64,000 bases of DNA from a virus. Lineage: Duplodnaviria > Caudoviricetes. Both the position numbers and the translations under genes were made by a program. This document shows, piece after piece, positions 28,953 through 36,007 of the stretch (positions are counted from its first letter, which is position 1; each line of letters opens with the position of its first letter). The stretch is from positions 7,341 to 71,340 of the IMG/VR virus record IMGVR_UViG_3300020045_009568; one strand, written 5' to 3'. The notes beneath the pieces are model-generated. The model did no database searches, was not told the DNA's origin, and saw only the letters and a program-made list of their open reading frames with translations.

Positions 28953-30121
28953 GAGTATGTGAATATGAATAATTCACCAACAGTTGCGCTGTTTACAATT
29001 GTGCTGGCTACAACATCGCCTGTTGGTAAGAATATTTGATTGTTTACAATTTGAAGCTGTTCTGTATCTGTTGTTGGGCTGGTTGTAATGCCTTTACCCA
29101 ATCCGCTTCTTACAGCAGCTTTAATAGTTTTGCCGGCCAGTGCAGGAATAATAAAACTGCTTACGCCTGGAGTTGGCCTGAACTGGTAATGCTGATCCGT
29201 ACTTCCGCCACAACCTGTAGCAAAATCGTATGCAGGAATCATTGCGCCATTTTTAGGATAAGCCAGCGGCGCTCCGTCATGGGTAAGTTTATAGAATTCC
29301 TCAAAATAATCTTTGAGGTTGGTAGTCTGTTTTACACAAACCTTGCCCCTGATTAATTGATAAAGTGCTGCAGCTTTTTCATATAAAGCTTGCATGGAAT
29401 TGTTGCCACAACTTGCCGTTGTTTTTTTCTTTAATTGCTCCAGATAAGCAACCAGTGCGCTCATTGGTAGTGGCGCATAGGCTTGGGCGATATCCTGCCA
29501 TGAGAATAACTGCAGGATAGACAACCATGGATCGGTTTCGCTTTCATACAAAACATCTTTGGTGTACCGGGTATCATATTTTGAAGCGTAATACCCGCCT
29601 TCAAAAATTGCGTCCAGGTTTGGTGTAATTGATTGAACGTAATTCATGCCGTCCATATAGCTTACCCACGCAGAATTTTGCTCTTTAATAGCCCATCCTT
29701 CAACGGTATAATTGGTATTATCAGCAAATTTTATTTCAGGAGTGTAGAAGTCGTAAATAGGTTGGATGCTGAGTTTTACCGGGTCGTACTGCATGCCAAA
29801 ATCCCTTGTAAAATACCCATCGGTATAATCAGGATGCCTTGCAAAAAATTCAATGATGTAGCCACCTTTTACATATAACCCATCTTGCCCTGTTCTTAAA
29901 ACAACATTGATTGTTTGCTTGCCATTTTCAGCCCATGTAACATCAGGATTTCCAAAGCTTGTCTTTGTTTCAATTCCATCAGGCTGCACAACAGAGAAGT
30001 AGCCAATAAGGTCGGGCTGTAAGTTTACCGGTATAGTAGTTTTTGCCGTCAGTTGCAACACCGGGTTTTCGCTTAAAATAAACTTTGCATCAAACGATAT
30101 GAAAGAAGTTAATGACGGCAT
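28949..30121 (-). CDS. Hypothetical virion-region protein (390 aa)
   Basis: Long intact ORF in the late operon. Confidence 0.65.
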   Translation of the reverse strand: MPSLTSFISFDAKFILSENPVLQLTAKTTIPVNLQPDLIGYFSVVQPDGIETKTSFGNPDVTWAENGKQTINVVLRTGQDGLYVKGGYIIEFFARHPDYTDGYFTRDFGMQYDPVKLSIQPIYDFYTPEIKFADNTNYTVEGWAIKEQNSAWVSYMDGMNYVQSITPNLDAIFEGGYYASKYDTRYTKDVLYESETDPWLSILQLFSWQDIAQAYAPLPMSALVAYLEQLKKKTTASCGNNSMQALYEKAAALYQLIRGKVCVKQTTNLKDYFEEFYKLTHDGAPLAYPKNGAMIPAYDFATGCGGSTDQHYQFRPTPGVSSFIIPALAGKTIKAAVRSGLGKGITTSPTTDTEQLQIVNNQIFLPTGDVVASTIVNSATVGELFIFTYS

Positions 30122-30227
30122 TTTGTTTGTTTTTTAAAGTGTGCCACCTGTAAAAACAGGTGGCCTTTATATCCCTGCAAACAAAGCACAACACTATTGA
30201 TGTTGCACCGTTTTCAGGCGGTTTATC

Positions 30228-31136
30228 TTAAGCCTCCTTGCCAGCCTTTGCTTTTTCCTTTGTATCGGGTTTAGGGGCTATGAGGTTTTTCATTTGCTTA
30301 GTAATTGCTTCACCATTCTTGCTGGTGTCAAGCCATTCTGCGAACTGCTGTACTGGCGCAACACCTTCTACACGGTCAAGGGTGGCGATAGTTTCTTGCG
30401 ACACCACCCATAAGTACTGATGTGTTTGAGCATTGTACTGAACGTGGCCTTTTTCAATCGCCTGCTTTACAACAGATTTGAGTGGCGTAATAGGGCTGTT
30501 CACCATTTTATCAAACCATACAGGATCTTTTTCTGCCAATTCCTGTAACTTATCCGTTACCACATCCGGATCATCATCAAAGCCGCCGCCGTTCGCCGCA
30601 TGCAATAGTCTTCTTTCTGTCATATCCAAAAGGTCTATGTATTCATACATAGTCTGTTTGGTTTTACGCCTGGCTACATTCATTTTAGACAAATAAGTTT
30701 CATCCACTCTTTCAAACAAAGGATTCACTGATGCGTCACGGTAAGGATTGCTTGCATTTTCATTCAGCAATTCAATAACCTGGTAAATCTCTTCTTCATC
30801 CATAATGCCTTCATGTAGCACAAAAACACCCCTGTTTGTATCGGGAATATTCAGTACACCATAAGCCTCCACGCTGTCCTTGCCCATTATTTTAACATGA
30901 GCAACTTCCACTGGCTGTTTTGTTCCAGGGTCTTTCAGCCTTGCCCTTAAAATGATCTGCGTAATGGACGGGAATGAATAATCATCTTTCCCTATAATCG
31001 CTTTTGGATCAATGTTTTTGGTGCCATTAAGCATCCTGTATTTCACATTCCCCTTAATTGGCCTCTCATCAAGGTACTTTTTAAGGGCATCTGAAATTTT
31101 GTTTACGTTGTGGTCTTTAAATGTTTGCAGAGCCAT
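30228..31136 (-). CDS. Hypothetical protein downstream of the capsid gene
   Basis: Intact 302-aa ORF; position typical of capsid-associated genes. Confidence 0.6.
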   Translation of the reverse strand: MALQTFKDHNVNKISDALKKYLDERPIKGNVKYRMLNGTKNIDPKAIIGKDDYSFPSITQIILRARLKDPGTKQPVEVAHVKIMGKDSVEAYGVLNIPDTNRGVFVLHEGIMDEEEIYQVIELLNENASNPYRDASVNPLFERVDETYLSKMNVARRKTKQTMYEYIDLLDMTERRLLHAANGGGFDDDPDVVTDKLQELAEKDPVWFDKMVNSPITPLKSVVKQAIEKGHVQYNAQTHQYLWVVSQETIATLDRVEGVAPVQQFAEWLDTSKNGEAITKQMKNLIAPKPDTKEKAKAGKEA

Positions 31137-31162
31137 AAAAAATGTTTGTAGTTATTAAAATA

Positions 31163-31186
31163 GCAGGTGGCTTTTACACCACCTGC
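31163..31186 (-). terminator. Intrinsic terminator after the major capsid gene
   Basis: gcaggtgg/ccacctgc stem followed by TATTTT on the minus strand. Confidence 0.65.
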
Positions 31187-31204
31187 CTATTGTCTTATTC
31201 TCAA

Positions 31205-32536
31205 TTAGGCGAGAGCCCTTTGTTTGCTGAACTGTTTTGTGCCAGCCATTTCGTTACCGAAATTGCACAACCAGTGACGGGTTAAAGTAGCCTCGTCATT
31301 GGTAGCTTTCTGTGCCATTGCACCAGTTTCCCATTCTGCAATCCAGTTTGCGCCGGCTTCCGGAATACCATGCTTCATATACCTTACCTGGATGCGTGGT
31401 ACCACACCGTTACCGATAGTGTTCACGTTACCTTTAGGAATACCATAAATGGATTTACCGATTGTGCCAACACCAGCACCGAACTTTTGCGGGTGATCAA
31501 GGATAGGCAAGTTGCCATACTCAAAAGTGTATGAACCGTGGGTGATCTTATCAACGTTGTAGTTGAAGGCGGTTATTTCATTTGCTCCAAAATTCAAATG
31601 TGCGCTTGTTACACCTGAGCTACCAAGATTTTTTGCAAATGTGCTGACAGCCCTACGAGCCGAATCAGGACAAAGTTTCAAGAAATTCTTTGGTGCTTTT
31701 ACGGCGTTTAATGCATCACACTCGTTGTTAAGGTCAGCGAATACCAGTGTGCCATTGGTTGTCCATGCTAAAGCTTGGCCTTTGGTTGCAACTTCCTGGT
31801 CAATACCGCCTGTGAACTGGGTTGGTTTACCCTGGCCGTCTACCAATGGAGAAGCATCACCGTACTGTGTAGCTGATTTCTGCTGGCCAATCAAAGCTGC
31901 AGAGATATCACCCTGGAATGCCTGCGCTTTCTTTACAGCCTGGTAGCTGGAGAACAACTTAGTGCCATTCACTTCAACGGTTACATAAGATTGTTTCTGC
32001 ACATCGGTTACAACGTCCTTAGTCCTTAACCTTGTAAGCAGGTTGAAATCCCTGTTCACTGTATAGGTAAGGTTTTGAACTCCTGTTGAACCTTCGCCGG
32101 CACTGGTACCAAGATCAATCATCTTTCCGCCCTGGGTAGCTGTAAGGTTGGTGCCGTCACAACTTTTTACGGTGAAAGAATCTTTTGAACTGGAAGTGGT
32201 GATGGCGCTGGAAATGAATCCGCACTTATCATTAGGGAACTTCAACACCATATTGGTCCTTGCATAGCCTGAGCTTGCAACATCCAGGGTAATGGTCAGC
32301 GTTGCTGTACCGCTACCTGAAACACCACCAGTGTCGATTGTTAATACTTTGTACAGGTCTTCATCAGTAAACTGATGATACTGGCTCATTACTGTTTCTT
32401 TTTTCAACCCGGCCAAAGCCATAAGGTCTGTGTACTGCATTTCATTGGACACATCAATGATTTCCGGACGGATCACCCTTTCATCAAGGAAGTCCACGCC
32501 GGTTACTACCTGCTTATTTAAATCGGTACGTTGCAT
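31205..32536 (-). CDS. Major capsid protein (probable HK97 fold)
   Basis: 443 aa, follows a scaffold-like gene and precedes a terminator; position in the TerL-portal-scaffold-capsid series. Confidence 0.7.
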   Translation of the reverse strand: MQRTDLNKQVVTGVDFLDERVIRPEIIDVSNEMQYTDLMALAGLKKETVMSQYHQFTDEDLYKVLTIDTGGVSGSGTATLTITLDVASSGYARTNMVLKFPNDKCGFISSAITTSSSKDSFTVKSCDGTNLTATQGGKMIDLGTSAGEGSTGVQNLTYTVNRDFNLLTRLRTKDVVTDVQKQSYVTVEVNGTKLFSSYQAVKKAQAFQGDISAALIGQQKSATQYGDASPLVDGQGKPTQFTGGIDQEVATKGQALAWTTNGTLVFADLNNECDALNAVKAPKNFLKLCPDSARRAVSTFAKNLGSSGVTSAHLNFGANEITAFNYNVDKITHGSYTFEYGNLPILDHPQKFGAGVGTIGKSIYGIPKGNVNTIGNGVVPRIQVRYMKHGIPEAGANWIAEWETGAMAQKATNDEATLTRHWLCNFGNEMAGTKQFSKQRALA

Positions 32537-32564
32537 GATTTTTTTAGTTTAAATAGTTTACGAA

Positions 32565-33686
32565 TCACCCACCGAACAATTCAGCATGACTAACCAGCTT
32601 GCCTTCTGTAGCAAGTACTGTTTTGCCATTTATCTGCCCGTTCTCTGGATTAATAACTTGTTGGCCCGGCACAACATTTCTTACCTCTTTGTTAAATGCG
32701 GCTTCGGCTTTTGCTTTTACGTGGGCAAACATTGCCTTTTCAATTGCCTGCTGATTTCTGTGATAGGTGAGTGTTTTTGCCAGTTGTGTTATTTCTGGAT
32801 CGGATAAAGGTTTACCTGACTGCATGCTGGCTGAAACCACTTCACTCACAATGCCATCAAAATCTTTTACTTCAAACTGGAGGGCATCTTCGCCTTCGCC
32901 GTAAGTAAGCATTTTGGTTGCCTGTAAGCTTTTAACCGCTGCGCTGTTGCGCACTGCCTCGGTTATTTGTTGCTGCATAGCTTCCCGTTCCTGGCCTTTG
33001 GTATCGGGTGCTGCTGCAGGTGCTTTCAATCCTGCCTGTTTATCGAGGTATTTTTGCCGTATTGCGGCGGAATCCTGTTTGAGTAAAAATTCCCCATATT
33101 TAGCATCATCGCTTCCTTCGGGGGCTTCATCTCTGTCAAGATTATATTTTGCGAGTTCTCTCTTAAGAACTATCTGTAATGTTTGGGGATCAATACCTGG
33201 ATTTTTCTCTTTGATATCCAGCTCCAGCAATTGCAATTCGCTCATGTTGCCAAAGTCCGTACCCGTAAGACGCAGGTATTCGTTCTTGTTACCACCACCT
33301 GCTATAAACTCTGCATACTTTACAATTTCAGGATCTATCTTATCCATTGAGGCGATAAGATGATCAGGAACGCCCAGCGTTTTAAGCAATGTAGGCTTAT
33401 CAAATTTTGAAAGTCCGTGTGTTAATATTTCTTCCTGTGATGCACTTTCATACCATGGCTTTGCTGGTTCTGCTGCTGCCGGAGCCGCAGGTGCTGCCGG
33501 TTCATTTGGCGCAGCGGCATTTGGTTGTGCTGGTTCGTTTGGTGAGGATGGAGGTGGAGTGTCTGCCGCAGGAGCAGGAATAGCCGAAGCCATTTCAGCC
33601 TGCATTTGGTCATAAGATAAAACGCCACCACCGGTATCACCAGTGGCTGCGTCATAGAAATAGGGTACGGATTGAACTGTTTTCAT
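32565..33686 (-). CDS. Capsid scaffolding-like protein
   Basis: Pro/Ala-rich N-terminal linker, acidic helical body, directly upstream of the capsid gene. Confidence 0.55.
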   Translation of the reverse strand: MKTVQSVPYFYDAATGDTGGGVLSYDQMQAEMASAIPAPAADTPPPSSPNEPAQPNAAAPNEPAAPAAPAAAEPAKPWYESASQEEILTHGLSKFDKPTLLKTLGVPDHLIASMDKIDPEIVKYAEFIAGGGNKNEYLRLTGTDFGNMSELQLLELDIKEKNPGIDPQTLQIVLKRELAKYNLDRDEAPEGSDDAKYGEFLLKQDSAAIRQKYLDKQAGLKAPAAAPDTKGQEREAMQQQITEAVRNSAAVKSLQATKMLTYGEGEDALQFEVKDFDGIVSEVVSASMQSGKPLSDPEITQLAKTLTYHRNQQAIEKAMFAHVKAKAEAAFNKEVRNVVPGQQVINPENGQINGKTVLATEGKLVSHAELFGG

Positions 33687-33744
33687 CGTATTGCTGTTTG
33701 AGGGAGGATTATTTAAAAATATATTCGTCAGGTATTACCCTGCA

Positions 33745-34242
33745 TTATACCCACTGTGCGTACAAAACTGTATTTGCTATAATCGGATTGATCGCTGCAC
33801 CTACTGCATACGCTGTTCCTGAACCATCAGCTGCTGTATTCCATTCGCTGAATGTTTTGGTTGATTTTACAAGCGTTCCAGCTGCTACGGTTACAGGAGT
33901 AGACCACTTATCGTAAGGGCTACTTGCATCTGTTGGAGCAGAGCCACCTGTATTGGTGTTGCCATTGTACGTCAATGTGTACGTTCCCATTGATTCATAC
34001 AACTGTGGTAGTTGCTCTGCCCTGCAGGAGTTTACCGGCTGCCCGTCTTTTTTGATCAGGTAGTCAGTATCGTGCAACACTGCCACTTCACCATTTGCCA
34101 ACCGGATATTTACTACCCTGTCATTGACCGTGGATTCCGATTTAATAAGGCTTACACGAGCCCCCTCGAAAATGCCACTGGTTGTATTACCATCGGTAAA
34201 TTGAATTACCTCATACTGCTGAATTTTTGCATACTTTGCCAT
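33745..34242 (-). CDS. Fusion of a small phage domain and an InlB B-repeat/Flg_new domain
   Basis: C-terminal YTLTYNGNTNTGG...FSEWNTAADGSGTAY...TVLYAQW is a Listeria-Bacteroides repeat; the N-terminus resembles the EAVQF..GDYIIK..CKPDIF..TYE phage family. Confidence 0.75.
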   Translation of the reverse strand: MAKYAKIQQYEVIQFTDGNTTSGIFEGARVSLIKSESTVNDRVVNIRLANGEVAVLHDTDYLIKKDGQPVNSCRAEQLPQLYESMGTYTLTYNGNTNTGGSAPTDASSPYDKWSTPVTVAAGTLVKSTKTFSEWNTAADGSGTAYAVGAAINPIIANTVLYAQWV

Positions 34243-34250
34243 GATGTTCT

Positions 34251-34269
34251 AAGTTATATTATATAACTT
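34251..34269. promoter_or_regulatory. AAGTTA-N7-TAACTT palindrome, copy 3
   Basis: aagtta tattata taactt directly downstream of minus-strand TACTTTTG with an upstream TTTG. Confidence 0.7.
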
Positions 34270-34454
34270 CAAAAGTAGCACTTGTTTTGAATAATCAAAA
34301 AAATATTTGTGCGGACATGGGACCGGCAACAATCGAGTAGCAGCTATAGCCAGGCAGCGGTAATAGTCATTGATCTTTTGGGAAGTGTGTCAGTTCTTTT
34401 TATCTATGCGTTTGAATTTCTTTTGGCTTAAAAATAGGCTGCAAGGAATTGCCC

Positions 34455-34483
34455 TTTACCTATAACTAATTTTTATGTTAAGC
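34455..34483 (+). other. dif/Xer-like site (E2 left)
   Basis: tttacctataa ctaattt ttatgttaagc (9/11 match to the XerD arm). Confidence 0.5.
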
Positions 34484-34656
34484 AGGCGCACACGCCTTCC
34501 CGTTATGAGTGAAGTGTATTGTATTTTTTTTCTCCCGCCCTGCTGCGAGTATTAGTAGCCCGGATAGATTTTAGCGAGTAAATTTTGGAGTAATTAAAAA
34601 AAGTGTAGTTTTGAAATAGAAAAACGGAGCTGCGAACTCCGTTCCTCTTCTTAATC

Positions 34657-34758
34657 TTAAAGCAGTAATAGCTTAAGGATTTCGACAATAGACTTGACAA
34701 TCAGCATAATGCTGACGACTTTTCCCAGTTTGTCGCTGGGCAATTTACCAGTTCTCAT
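34657..34758 (-). CDS. 33-aa hydrophobic peptide, type I toxin-like
   Basis: MRTGKLPSDKLGKVVSIMLIVKSIVEILKLLLL*, by manual translation. Confidence 0.4.
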   Translation of the reverse strand: MRTGKLPSDKLGKVVSIMLIVKSIVEILKLLLL

Positions 34759-34765
34759 AAGGATG

Positions 34766-34798
34766 AAAGTTGACTGTTTTGACAGTCAACTTTTTTTT
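34766..34798 (+). terminator. Strong intrinsic terminator inside E2
   Basis: aaagttgactgt-tttg-acagtcaacttt perfect 12-bp stem plus T run. Confidence 0.75.
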
Positions 34799-34969
34799 CG
34801 AGCAAGCGTCCATGTTTGCAGGGATACTTCTTTCGTTCCAAATGATTCGCAGATTGAACCTGTCAGGTTATCCATACAAATATATCACATTACATCATGC
34901 AAATCCTTTGCTGTCCGCACTGGAGTATTAACCCATTGAGTAGATTGTGTTATTAGATTAATTTATAAA

Positions 34970-35470
34970 TTGTGTGGAATTAAAACAACTGATATGGAAA
35001 AGGAAATGACAATTTCTGACAAGCTGCATTCAGATGCAGCCATGACAAGAGGGATTATTATAAATGAAGTTGCTCACCTTGAAAAAATGATTGACGCATT
35101 TTTGTCAATGTACTTCGTGCAGGTCGGAAAGCAAACTACATTTTACTTAGTTTTTTTATCTCAAATGCAGCTTACCAAGAAAGTCAACATTTTTAAAGAC
35201 ACCGTTAGCTCTTACAAGAATGATTTTGTAAAAAACAATCCAACCTATAGCGTTGATCTTGGCAAAATAATAGAGCAAAGGAATTTGCTTGCACATGAAA
35301 TAATAGACCTTTCAAAGGGAGGGTTTTTGAAATATTCCAAAGGGTATGTGCAGTTTGACAATTTCAAAAAGAAAAGAAAGGTAACCGCATTCGGCAAGAC
35401 AGATGTAAAAAACCTTATAGCATTAATTCAGAAATATACTATAGCTGTTACTGAATTACTTAGCAAGTAA
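34970..35470 (+). CDS. HEPN-motif protein (MtlR-like HEPN, predicted RNase), cargo of E2
   Basis: Helical protein with RNLLAH (Rx4H) after LEKMI...F...KKVNIF; opposite strand to the late operon. Confidence 0.65.
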   Translation: MCGIKTTDMEKEMTISDKLHSDAAMTRGIIINEVAHLEKMIDAFLSMYFVQVGKQTTFYLVFLSQMQLTKKVNIFKDTVSSYKNDFVKNNPTYSVDLGKIIEQRNLLAHEIIDLSKGGFLKYSKGYVQFDNFKKKRKVTAFGKTDVKNLIALIQKYTIAVTELLSK

Positions 35471-35673
35471 AGTTTGGGCACCGGAATCCCCTTTCAGATT
35501 GGTACGTTAGCTACCGTACTTCATCGTCTTAAAGGGAACTCCATCGAGTTTATAATAATTTGTGTAGAAGGAAACGCCTTGCGGCGTAAAGAGGGCTCCG
35601 CATCTCAAAAAAAATACAATACACTTCCCTCATAGCCTTGCTGCCCCTCCCACATCGCTTCGCTAGCTAACCT

Positions 35674-35703
35674 GAATAACATAATATTGAAGTTATAGGC
35701 GAA
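35674..35703 (-). other. dif/Xer-like site (E2 right, inverted)
   Basis: Reverse complement reads ttcgcctataa cttcaata ttatgttattc (8-bp spacer). Confidence 0.45.
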
Positions 35704-35850
35704 AGCGCAATATTCTTTTTGTGGTTGTTTTTTCAAAACAAGTAGGCGGCCTATTTTAAGATTTTCTTATTACATCCTGTTTAGGGAAGCTGTATAAGAA
35801 AATCTTAAGCCAAAAGAAATTCAAACGCATAGATAAAAAGAACTGACACA

Positions 35851-35869
35851 AAGTTATGTAATGTGACCA
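35851..35869. promoter_or_regulatory. Degenerate AAGTTA-N7-TAACTT palindrome, copy 4
   Basis: aagtta tgtaatg tgacca, at the same position relative to E2 as copy 2 is to E1. Confidence 0.4.
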
Positions 35870-36007
35870 GACTTCCAAATAAATTTATTACTTTTGAAAA
35901 ACAAGCAAGTGAAGGAAATTCAATTTTAAATATAAGGTAATTTTTGCTTTTTTAAATGTTGATTTCTTTAGTGGCAAAAATCGCAAGCCCGACCACACTG
36001 CATATCA

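Larger units (their letters stand above)
34386..35850. mobile_element. Fold-back cassette E2 bounded by a perfect 46-bp inverted repeat, with nested inner IRs
   Basis: 34386-34431 is the exact reverse complement of 35805-35850. Inner pairs: 34427-34442/35746-35760, 34455-34483/35674-35703, 34504-34531/35607-35634 (1 mismatch). Confidence 0.75.

Noticed and set aside
34694-34939. Plus-strand 81-aa ORF in E2
   Set aside because: Crossed by a strong plus-strand terminator hairpin at 34766-34798; composition not protein-like.
1341-35869. E1/E2 as retrons, group I/II introns or IS/MITE elements
   Set aside because: No reverse transcriptase, maturase, homing nuclease or transposase; both are intergenic; I found no intron core motifs or target-site duplications.
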